This document shows, one piece after another, positions 24,488 to 32,000 of a stretch of DNA of 32,000 nucleotides. Below the pieces are notes generated by a model. The model made no database searches. It was given only the letters and a program-made list of their open reading frames with translations, and was not told the DNA's origin. Numbering within the stretch: position 1 is the stretch's first letter; each line of letters starts with the position of its first letter. Source of the DNA: Candidatus Brocadia sp. (GTDB lineage: Bacteria > Planctomycetota > Brocadiia > Brocadiales > Brocadiaceae); the NCBI GenBank assembly GCA_021650915.1, contig CP091279.1:3810001-3842000 (forward strand), written 5' to 3'. Both the position numbers and the translations under genes were made by a program.

Positions 24488-25254
24488 TACAGAAACTCCT
24501 TTCCTAAATTACAAGATTCATTATTAATTTCGTGCATTTCGTGAGGTATTTCAGGGATGAGCATCTTCAGGGTCTCTTTTGCCGCGATTTGCTCTGCTTC
24601 TTTCTTGCTTTTTCCCCACCCTCTGCCATATTCAGTGCCTTTTATTAACACGCTTACTTCAAATAATTTTCCGTGATCTGGTCCGACTTGCTGCAACACG
24701 CGGTAGACCGGAGTTATGCCATGCTCCTTTTGGCTATGTTGCTGAAGAATAGATTTGTAATTTTTTTCATGCTGATTTTTACAAACAATATCTATCTCTT
24801 TCTTCAGATGCTTTATGGTAAAATGATACGCAGCCTCAAGACCACCGTCGAGGTAGATTGCTGCAATAACAGCTTCAAACACATTTGCAAGCAAAGATTT
24901 TGGGAGAAAATTCCGATCATTTAAACCTTTTCCTACCGTAAGAAAATCTTTTAACTGTGCCTCCAGGCTAACCTTGGCAAGTGTTGTCTGACTTACTACC
25001 ACGGATTTTATTTTTGTTAATTCACCCTCGCTATAGTGCGGTAATGCTTTGTAAAGATAGTCAGAAATAATCATTCCCAGTACAGCATCGCCCAAAAATT
25101 CTAATCGCTCATTGGAAAAATTATTTTCCAATTTACAGGAAGTATGGGTAAGCGCCTTTTCAAGCACCTCGGGATTGTTGAAAAGATAACCTATTTTGAA
25201 TTGACACTCGCTAAGTTTTTCAGGATTTATATGGTTATTCGTTTGGAGTATCAT
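24487..25254 (-). CDS. rnc: Ribonuclease III
   Basis: Signature NERLEFLGDAVLG, with a C-terminal dsRNA-binding domain (YKSILQQHSQKE...GWGKSKKEAEQIAAKETL). Start chosen at MILQT (25254). The longer track start at 25323 would overlap the upstream gene by 89 nt. Confidence 0.88.
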   Translation of the reverse strand: MILQTNNHINPEKLSECQFKIGYLFNNPEVLEKALTHTSCKLENNFSNERLEFLGDAVLGMIISDYLYKALPHYSEGELTKIKSVVVSQTTLAKVSLEAQLKDFLTVGKGLNDRNFLPKSLLANVFEAVIAAIYLDGGLEAAYHFTIKHLKKEIDIVCKNQHEKNYKSILQQHSQKEHGITPVYRVLQQVGPDHGKLFEVSVLIKGTEYGRGWGKSKKEAEQIAAKETLKMLIPEIPHEMHEINNESCNLGKEFL

Positions 25255-25771
25255 TTTTTTGGAACTTTTTTTCCTTAAACAACATCGACTCTTCGATAGC
25301 AGTGTACTGGGTTGCGGCATCAATAAGTTCTACGGCCGTGCTGCGTCTAAACGAGACAACCTCTACCCTGCATCCGTGTGCTTTTAACATTTCCACAAGA
25401 GGTGCGAAATCTCCATCGCCACTTACTAATACGACGGTATCTAATTTTGGCGCAATTGCAATTGAGTCAATAGCAATACCCATGTCCCAATCCCCTTTTG
25501 CCGTTCCATCGGGTCTTAACCGAAGTTCCTTCGATTTGATTTCGTACCCAAGTCGGCTTAAAGCATCAGTGAAGCTTGATTGGTCCACATCGGGTTTTTG
25601 CACAACATAAGCAATTGCGCGAATGAGGTTTCTATCACCTACAATTTCTAATAAAAGCTTGCTATAGTCGATCTTTGATTGGTGCAACGCCTTTGCTGAA
25701 TAAAACATATTTTGGACATCAACAAATATTCCAACCCTTTGCTGAGATCCTTTGATTCGTCCACCTACCAT
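25235..25771 (-). CDS. NYN-domain (LabA/DUF88-like, PIN-related) protein
   Basis: VGIFVDVQNMFYSA, IRAIAYV, GDWDMGIAIDS and LVSGDGDFAPLVEMLKAHGCRVEVVSF are the typical LabA-like NYN pattern. Confidence 0.85.
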   Translation of the reverse strand: MVGGRIKGSQQRVGIFVDVQNMFYSAKALHQSKIDYSKLLLEIVGDRNLIRAIAYVVQKPDVDQSSFTDALSRLGYEIKSKELRLRPDGTAKGDWDMGIAIDSIAIAPKLDTVVLVSGDGDFAPLVEMLKAHGCRVEVVSFRRSTAVELIDAATQYTAIEESMLFKEKKFQKNDTPNE

Positions 25772-26160
25772 GTATATCTTCCTTTCTCATAAATACTTAA
25801 TACCTGAAGAATACATAATAATATACATACCTAATTAATTTAAAGTGTTGAATATAACTGACAGCGGGACAAATAGGTAGGTTAAGTAAAAATACACTCT
25901 TAGTTCAAAGAACAAAAGGTGTCCATGACAAATATCGTCATAACATACCTTTTTACAAAATATTATGGCAACAGAGACACAATTTCGCTATTATTTTAAC
26001 AACCTTTTATTCACAGTCAATCAAAAAACTGAAATAACTTAATTTTATTGACTCTTGCGGTAGATTTTGATAAATTTGTCGTTTTAAGAATAAATATAAC
26101 TGCTTTGTTGGCAATAACTAAAAATAAAAAAAGAAAGAACGGGAATTGACTGAAATTGCC

Positions 26161-27243
26161 ATGGATATAGCCCAATTGAGGAAGGAAATTGATACTTTGG
26201 ATTCAAAAATTGTAGAACTCCTCAATGAAAGGGCCAAAATAGTTTTAAAGATAGGTGAAATAAAAAAACAAAACCGTGCTCAAGTATATGTTCCAAACCG
26301 GGAGCGAGAGGTTTACTTACGGATCACATCGCAAAATAAGGGCCCTTTAGCGAATGATTGTTTGGTGGCAATATATCGTGAGTTAATGGCGGGTTCCCTG
26401 GTATTAGAAAAGGCCATAAAAGTAGCGTATCTTGGTCCTGAGGGCACTTTTAGTTATTTCGCCGCCAGACAAAAGTTTGGTTTATCAGTGGAGTACGTTC
26501 CGCTAAGGAGTATTGATGATGTTTTCCGTGATGTTGCGACAGGAAGAAGTGATTACGGAATTGTGCCGGTCGAGAATTCTACTGAGGGTGGTATCCGGGA
26601 AACGTTAAATCTGTTTGTAGAGTTTGATGTGAAGGTATGTGCCGAGATTGTTTTCCCCATTCATCATAGTTTAATGGCGAATTGTAAAAAAGAAGAGATT
26701 AAAAAAGTTTACTCCAAAGTACAGATTTTATCTCAATGCAGAAATTGGCTGGCCTGCAATCTTCCCCATGCAGAATTGGTTGAAGTCAGCAGCAGCGCTG
26801 AGGCGGCGCGTATTTTTGAAAAGGCATTACAACCTGCAGCAGGAGGGCAGTATTGCGCAATAATTGCGAACGCTGAAATAGCGCAGCAGTATGGAGTAAC
26901 TATCCTGTTCAGCAATATTGAGGACAATCCGAATAATGTAACCCGTTTTTTTGTTTTAAGCAAAGAATACGGAGCGCCGAGCGAAAAAGACAGAACAGCG
27001 GTGATGTGCTATACCAAGAATCGTCCCGGGGCATTGCTGGAAATCCTGGAGCCCTTTAGAACTTATAATATTAATCTTACCAATATCGAATCGTTACCCA
27101 CCAGGAAAAAGGCGTGGGAATATTGTTTTTATCTTGATTTTGAAGGGCATGTGGCACATGCATCTGTCCAAAAGGCGCTTGACGAAGTTTTTAAAAAGTG
27201 CTCAGATATGAAGATATTGGGGTCGTTCCCAAAATGCGATTGA
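26161..27243 (+). CDS. pheA: Bifunctional chorismate mutase / prephenate dehydratase (P-protein)
   Basis: Chorismate mutase helix LRKEIDTLDSKIVELLNERAKIV. Prephenate dehydratase motifs VAYLGPEGTFSY, GIVPVENSTEGG and NVTRFFVL. A C-terminal ACT-like region is present. The start could instead be TTG 26146. Confidence 0.9.
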   Translation: MDIAQLRKEIDTLDSKIVELLNERAKIVLKIGEIKKQNRAQVYVPNREREVYLRITSQNKGPLANDCLVAIYRELMAGSLVLEKAIKVAYLGPEGTFSYFAARQKFGLSVEYVPLRSIDDVFRDVATGRSDYGIVPVENSTEGGIRETLNLFVEFDVKVCAEIVFPIHHSLMANCKKEEIKKVYSKVQILSQCRNWLACNLPHAELVEVSSSAEAARIFEKALQPAAGGQYCAIIANAEIAQQYGVTILFSNIEDNPNNVTRFFVLSKEYGAPSEKDRTAVMCYTKNRPGALLEILEPFRTYNINLTNIESLPTRKKAWEYCFYLDFEGHVAHASVQKALDEVFKKCSDMKILGSFPKCD

Positions 27244-27263
27244 GGAGATAACCGTCTGAGACA

Positions 27264-28028
27264 ATGATAAAAAAGCCTTTTGTTGTGGGAAATTGGAAGA
27301 TGAATCTTACTCTTAAGCAAGGGCGAGAGTTTGCCGGATTGATGAAAAATAGCTTGCGCGGGAGGAATGAAATAGAGTGTGGAATATGTCCGCCTTTTGT
27401 CTTTCTGAAAGAGATTTGTGATATCCTGGAAGGTTCGCCTATTTGCGTGGCTGCACAGAATATTCATAGTGAAAAAAATGGTGCATATACGGGTGAGGTT
27501 TCGGCTCTGATGGTAAAAGAAATCGGTTGTACGCATGTGCTGATAGGTCATTCGGAGCGGAGGCATATTTTCCGAGAAACCGATGCCTTTATTCATGCGA
27601 AAATAAAGACAGCGCTGGCGGTAAATTTGAAACCAATTTTTTGTATCGGAGAAACGTTAGATGAAAGGGAGGCGGGAAGAACAAAAGAGGTAATTCAAAA
27701 TCAATTAAAGGAAGGATTGCGCGATATCCGTGCTGATCAACTAAAGGAACTGGTGATTGCTTACGAGCCGGTATGGGCCATTGGCACAGGGAAAACAGCC
27801 TTGCCGGAGCAGGCAAATGAAGTGCATTCGTTTATCAGGAATATCGTAACGGCTGGGTACGGTGAAAATCTCGCCAGGAGCATATCTCTTCAGTACGGCG
27901 GGAGCGTTAAAGCGGAGAATGCAAAGGAATTGATGGCCCAGCCTGAGATTGACGGACTTCTGGTGGGTGGTGCAAGCATTCAATGGGAATCGTTTTTTAA
28001 AATTATTGAGGCGGTGTCAAAGGATTAA
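27264..28028 (+). CDS. tpiA: Triosephosphate isomerase
   Basis: VVGNWKMN, IGHSERR, IAYEPVWAIGTG and YGGSV. Confidence 0.95.
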   Translation: MIKKPFVVGNWKMNLTLKQGREFAGLMKNSLRGRNEIECGICPPFVFLKEICDILEGSPICVAAQNIHSEKNGAYTGEVSALMVKEIGCTHVLIGHSERRHIFRETDAFIHAKIKTALAVNLKPIFCIGETLDEREAGRTKEVIQNQLKEGLRDIRADQLKELVIAYEPVWAIGTGKTALPEQANEVHSFIRNIVTAGYGENLARSISLQYGGSVKAENAKELMAQPEIDGLLVGGASIQWESFFKIIEAVSKD

Positions 28029-28067
28029 TTTTTTGTTCAGAGTTTTTTTCATAAATTGGAGAATTAC

Positions 28068-28658
28068 ATGGTAAAGGCTGAAAAGGCATTTAAGTGGGGA
28101 ATTGCCATTATTGTTATCTTTGGGATATTAAATGCATTCTATTTTTTAAATTTAATCATTGCGTTCAAGATTGTGCTGCCGATTTTATGCGTGTTTATGA
28201 TTGGGTCTATCTTATTACAATCAGGAAAAGGGGGAGGGTTGGCAGCGATTGGTGGTCTGGGCGACCAATCTGCCTTTGGGACGAGAACGAGCACCTTTTT
28301 AACGAAGGTCACCTACCTTATCGGCGCTGCATTTATTGTTGCCACCGTCTTTTTGTTTAAATTGTCCATCTCTTCGCACATGATGCATACGATGGTTCCC
28401 CAGGAAGGTCCCGGAGTACCCCATACGCATAATCATGAGCATGATGCGCAGCATGAACACCACGATGTTCCGCATCCGGAAGGGAAAGAGGGTAGCTCTG
28501 CCAATATTGGGATGCAGGAAGTTAAAGAAGAGTCATCAAAAGTCACGGTGCAGGAAAGTCCTCACCAGGCAGATGTCAAGGGTGAAGTGCCGACGGAAAA
28601 ACCGATGGGCGTGAATCCTGTTCAGGAAGAAGAAAAGGCGCCCGAGAACACGAAATAG
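28068..28658 (+). CDS. secG: Preprotein translocase subunit SecG with a long His/Glu-rich C-terminal extension
   Basis: ILLQSGKGGGLAAIGG...FG followed by a second TM helix is the SecG core. The tpiA-secG adjacency is common. The tail from about 28365 is low-complexity (HTHNHEHDAQHEHHDVPHPE). The start could instead be TTG 28056. Confidence 0.8.
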   Translation: MVKAEKAFKWGIAIIVIFGILNAFYFLNLIIAFKIVLPILCVFMIGSILLQSGKGGGLAAIGGLGDQSAFGTRTSTFLTKVTYLIGAAFIVATVFLFKLSISSHMMHTMVPQEGPGVPHTHNHEHDAQHEHHDVPHPEGKEGSSANIGMQEVKEESSKVTVQESPHQADVKGEVPTEKPMGVNPVQEEEKAPENTK

Positions 28659-28735
28659 TGCTGAAACAAAGTGGATAAAGAAGCGTGGAGAAATTGGGAT
28701 AAAACATTGAACAACGCACAGAATGGGTGGCTTTA

Positions 28736-29620
28736 ATGCTCAAGAGTATGACAGGATTTGGCATTGCAGAATATAAGGATACGGAGCGTTCGCTTCGTGT
28801 GGAATTGCGTTCGGTGAATAACCGGTTCCTGAAGATCGATTCGCGGTTGCCGGATATGTTGCAGGCATTTGAGAGCAAGATTGAGCAATCGATTAGGGAA
28901 AAAATCAACCGGGGCACTGTCCTGGTAAATGTGAATTATCAATCGCTTCTGCAGGAGTCTGAGTATGTCCTGAATTCCGGTCGGTTAAAAGAATATTATC
29001 GCTTGCTCGGCGATGTGAAAAAAGAGATAGGCTCCCGGGAGAAGTTATCGGTAAATACCTTAATCCTGCTCCCGGGGGTGCTGCAAAAAAGCAAAAATAA
29101 CCATGAGGACGCCGACGACCTGCTATCCCGATGTATTCTTCTCGTAGACGAAGCCCTTATGAAGATGCTGCAGATGAGGGAGAAGGAAGGCAAACATCTT
29201 GCGGAAGACATTGAACAGAGAAAAACAGGTATTCTTGCAATGCTTGATAAAATTGAAATGCGGGCGCCGGTGGTAGTTCAGGAATACAGCAAACGGTTGC
29301 AAAACAGGGTTGCCTCACTCCTGGCAGGAACAAATATCGAATTAACCGACAGCAACCTCTGCCGGGAAATTGCCCTCTTTGCAGAACGGTGCGATATCAG
29401 CGAAGAGATTAGTCGTCTGAAAAGCCATATGCATCAGCTGCAGGAAACGATCCACCTGAATGAACCCGTAGGGAGAAAACTCGACTTTATTGTTCAGGAA
29501 ATGTTCCGTGAAACGAATACCATGTGCTCAAAGGCGAATGACAGTGTAATGTTGCGGGATTTGGTGGAGGTAAAAACGGAGATCGAAAAAATTCGCGAGC
29601 AAATATTTAATATTGAATAG
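28736..29620 (+). CDS. yicC: YicC-family stress-induced protein (endoribonuclease YicC)
   Basis: The N-terminus MLKSMTGFG and the C-terminal KLDFIVQEMFRETNTMCSKAND are family signatures. Confidence 0.9.
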   Translation: MLKSMTGFGIAEYKDTERSLRVELRSVNNRFLKIDSRLPDMLQAFESKIEQSIREKINRGTVLVNVNYQSLLQESEYVLNSGRLKEYYRLLGDVKKEIGSREKLSVNTLILLPGVLQKSKNNHEDADDLLSRCILLVDEALMKMLQMREKEGKHLAEDIEQRKTGILAMLDKIEMRAPVVVQEYSKRLQNRVASLLAGTNIELTDSNLCREIALFAERCDISEEISRLKSHMHQLQETIHLNEPVGRKLDFIVQEMFRETNTMCSKANDSVMLRDLVEVKTEIEKIREQIFNIE

Positions 29621-29653
29621 ACGAGGTGAATTTCTTCGGTTTTTAGAGAGCTG

Positions 29654-30205
29654 ATGGCTATGGGAAAGTTGGTGATTATTTCAGGACCGTCTGGATCAGG
29701 CAAGACAACGGTTTGTCGTCTGCTTACAAAAGACCCGCACATCAGGAAGTCAATATCAGTCACGACTCGCCCACCCAGGTATAATGAGAAAAATGGAGAA
29801 GCATACCATTTTGTGTCAAAACAAGAATTCGAGGAAATGATACGGAAAGATGAATTGGCAGAACATGCGGAGTACTGCGGATGTTCTTATGGAACACCCA
29901 TAAAGGCCTTAAAAGAGGCGATTGCTAGCGAAGGGTTCTATTTACTTGAAATCGAGGTACAGGGGGCATTGCAAATTATGGAAAAATTTCCGGAAACCAT
30001 ATCGATATTTTTACTGCCGCCTGATAAAAAAACCTTGAGCCAACGCCTGGTGCAAAGAAATACCAATAGAGAGCAGGATATGGAACTTCGCTTAAAAATT
30101 GCTGATAAAGAATTGGAATATAAAGACCGGTACAATCATTGTGTCGTGAACGATGATTTAGCGGTAACGGCAACTACCATCCGCAAAATACTTAATCTGA
30201 CGTGA
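29654..30205 (+). CDS. gmk: Guanylate kinase
   Basis: P-loop ISGPSGSGKTTV, SVTTRPPR, YHFVS and EIEVQGA. Confidence 0.93.
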   Translation: MAMGKLVIISGPSGSGKTTVCRLLTKDPHIRKSISVTTRPPRYNEKNGEAYHFVSKQEFEEMIRKDELAEHAEYCGCSYGTPIKALKEAIASEGFYLLEIEVQGALQIMEKFPETISIFLLPPDKKTLSQRLVQRNTNREQDMELRLKIADKELEYKDRYNHCVVNDDLAVTATTIRKILNLT

Positions 30206-30207
30206 TC

Positions 30208-30759
30208 ATGTCCTACCACATTGTCCTGGGAGTTACGGGAAGCATTGCTGCATATAAGGCGGTTGAGCTTGTCTCATGTCTGACGAAACAGGGAAATGAT
30301 GTTGTTGTGATCATGACGTCCGCAGCCCAGCGTTTTGTTCATCCGGTGACATTCCGCTCCATTTCTCATAATCGCGTCGTAACGGATCTTTTTATTGATA
30401 ACGAGAATTACGACCCGAATCATGTGTCTCTGGCAGAACAAGCCGACTTGCTGGTAGTTGCGCCCGCTACCGCCAATTTTATCGGCAAGGTTGCATCGGG
30501 TATCGCGGACGACGCCTTGACCTGCACCGTTATGGCGGCACGATCACCGGTTATCATTGCCCCGGCAATGAATGATAGTATGTATTTGAACCCCATTGTA
30601 CAGGAGAATATAAAGAAGCTGACACGCCATGGGTACAGGATTATTGAGCCTGAGGAGGGCAGGTTGTGCACGGGGCGTGTGGGAAAAGGCAGATTGGCAG
30701 CCGTTGAGAAGATTGTTGGAGTCATTGCAGAAGAGCTGAACAAGATGAGGAAGAGATGA
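30208..30759 (+). CDS. coaC: Phosphopantothenoylcysteine decarboxylase-type flavoprotein (CoaC domain only)
   Basis: GVTGSIAAYKAVEL, APATANFIGKVASGIADDALT, APAMN and LCTGRVGKGRLA are CoaC/HFCD motifs. The ORF ends after 184 codons with an ATGA overlap onto dut, so no CoaB half is present. Confidence 0.8.
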   Translation: MSYHIVLGVTGSIAAYKAVELVSCLTKQGNDVVVIMTSAAQRFVHPVTFRSISHNRVVTDLFIDNENYDPNHVSLAEQADLLVVAPATANFIGKVASGIADDALTCTVMAARSPVIIAPAMNDSMYLNPIVQENIKKLTRHGYRIIEPEEGRLCTGRVGKGRLAAVEKIVGVIAEELNKMRKR

Positions 30760-31205
30760 ATACGCTGAAAATAAAGGTGATGAGAAGGCAGGGCTGTGAG
30801 GATTTGCCTTTGCCCCAATACATGAGCGAAGCGGCAAGCGGTATGGATTTATATGCGGCTGTGGATACGCCGGTTTTGATCGAACGCAATGAAATTAAGC
30901 TGGTGCCTGCCGGTATCCACATCGAGGTGCCGCGGGGATATGAGGCTCAAGTGAGACCGAGAAGCGGCCTGGCGCTAAAACACGGGTTGACTCTCGTAAA
31001 CACTCCGGGCACCATTGACAGCGACTATCGCGGAGAAATCGGGATTATTCTCTGCAATCTCGGGAAAGAGAGGTTTACTGTTGAACGAGGGATGCGGATT
31101 GCGCAACTGGTGATCCAGCCGGTAACCCGGGCAGAATTAGTTGAGGTTGAACGTCTGGAAGAATCTCCGCGCGGGACCGGTGGTTTTGGCCACACGGGGC
31201 ATTAA
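30756..31205 (+). CDS. dut: dUTP diphosphatase
   Basis: SGMDLYA, RPRSGLALKHG, NTPGTIDSDYRGEI and GGFGHTG. Confidence 0.95.
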   Translation: MNTLKIKVMRRQGCEDLPLPQYMSEAASGMDLYAAVDTPVLIERNEIKLVPAGIHIEVPRGYEAQVRPRSGLALKHGLTLVNTPGTIDSDYRGEIGIILCNLGKERFTVERGMRIAQLVIQPVTRAELVEVERLEESPRGTGGFGHTGH

Positions 31206-31245
31206 ATTGGAATTGAATCTTTTTCCCGCTTTCAGAAGGAATCAC

Positions 31246-32000
31246 ATGGGGAATAAACGTTTTTTACGGGGTATTACCGCGGTTATCCTTATAGCCTTCG
31301 CACTATTTTTCCTGTTCAGCTTCATCAGCTATTCCTCCAACGATCCGCCTTTTGCAGATTATCCGGTCAATAATCCAGTACATAATATCTGTGGGCCTGC
31401 AGGAGCTCAGGTTGCCGGATATGCCTTAGCCGGTATGGGGAGAACGTCTTATCTGATCGTTATCCTGCTCGGATGGCTGGGGTCACAATTTCTTTATAAA
31501 GAGTGGGTCGAATATTTGTGGGTAAGGGTGATCGGGGCGGTGCTCCTCTTGTTTTCCATAGCGTCTCTGTTAACCCTGGGGTGTTACTTGATAAAAAGGG
31601 ACTTTTTGTCTTTTAATTTTGGAGGGATTTTTGGGATTGTAATTGTCTCGAGGTTGTACGAGTATTTCAGTTTAACAGGCACCCTTATTGTTTTGGGATT
31701 AGGGCTGATTATTTCAGTTGTGCTCTTGCTCAATGCCACGCCCATTTCCCCCTTCATAAAAGAGTCAGGCAGGAAAACAAAAGAAGAAGAATTGTCTCCT
31801 GCGCGCGATTCTGAAGCACGAAATCTTGACCCGCTTCGTCGTCAGAAAGGTAAGGTCTCTGCTTGTGCAGGCATTTCGGCTAACGATACGCCGGAAAACG
31901 ATGCTGATGTTGCAGACACTGCCGTGGAAATAAAAACTGAACGGTACGAATTCAAAGACAGCCTTGCAAAAAAACAAAAAACGCATGATGATAAACCAGG
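31246..32000 (+). CDS. ftsK: DNA translocase FtsK, N-terminal membrane domain (3'-truncated by the window)
   Basis: Hand translation from ATG 31246 (SD AAGGA) stays open to base 32000: MGNKRFLRGITAVILIAFALFFLFSFISYSSNDPPF...NICGPAGAQVAGYALAGMGRTSYLIV. This is typical of the FtsK N-terminus. It is absent from the ORF track because no stop occurs in the window. Confidence 0.75.
   Translation, partial: MGNKRFLRGITAVILIAFALFFLFSFISYSSNDPPFADYPVNNPVHNICGPAGAQVAGYALAGMGRTSYLIVILLGWLGSQFLYKEWVEYLWVRVIGAVLLLFSIASLLTLGCYLIKRDFLSFNFGGIFGIVIVSRLYEYFSLTGTLIVLGLGLIISVVLLLNATPISPFIKESGRKTKEEELSPARDSEARNLDPLRRQKGKVSACAGISANDTPENDADVADTAVEIKTERYEFKDSLAKKQKTHDDKP

Noticed and set aside
24183-24527. 114-aa plus-strand ORF (Phe/Leu-rich)
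   Set aside because: It overlaps the 3' end of rnc on the opposite strand, has no SD, and its composition is typical of AT-rich antisense or intergenic translation. The coupled minus-strand small ORF is the more plausible candidate, though unproven.
1-32000. tRNA, rRNA, tmRNA, RNase P or riboswitch genes
   Set aside because: Nothing resembling cloverleaf or conserved ncRNA sequence was recognised by eye in the intergenic regions. A proper scan (tRNAscan-SE, Infernal/Rfam) would be needed to exclude them.

Overview
A 32-kb bacterial chromosomal window, apparently moderate-to-low GC and mostly plus-strand operons. No rRNA, tRNA or CRISPR array was seen by eye. The first ~6.5 kb is an insertion-sequence graveyard. 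It holds an IS4-superfamily element (751-2806) with a frameshifted transposase, abutted by an IS110-family element. The IS110 recombinase gene is split after codon 5 by an ISNCY/ISDol1-like element (3066-4913, 6-bp target duplication TATATA), which is itself frameshifted. Removing that insert in silico restores a canonical IS110 N-terminus (MIKYIGLDAH) behind a strong Shine-Dalgarno. This leaves a structured ~240-nt leader (2807-3050) as a candidate bridge-RNA region. The remainder contains mnmE (minus strand) and a run of exported redox and oxidative-stress genes: di-haem cytochrome c peroxidase, Tat-signal metallophosphoesterase, mono-haem cytochrome c, ferritin/rubrerythrin-like protein, Tat-signal Fe/Mn-SOD-family protein, a small secreted protein, a DUF4405-like membrane protein, an M23 peptidase and a flavin reductase. 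Next come feoB, an RseC-like gene and a DtxR-family regulator; then motA with two complementary motB paralogues and a LysM/YkuD L,D-transpeptidase. A minus-strand NYN-rnc-small-ORF operon follows, then pheA, tpiA, secG (with a His-rich tail), yicC, gmk, a coaC-only flavoprotein, dut and the 5' part of ftsK. Several intergenic repeat families are present: one hairpin family brackets the IS nest, and a C/G-hairpin-plus-tail family sits upstream of the redox genes. Gene content and repeat style would fit a Planctomycetota (anammox-type) genome, but that is an unverified guess. All family calls are by-eye motif recognition; no search was run.
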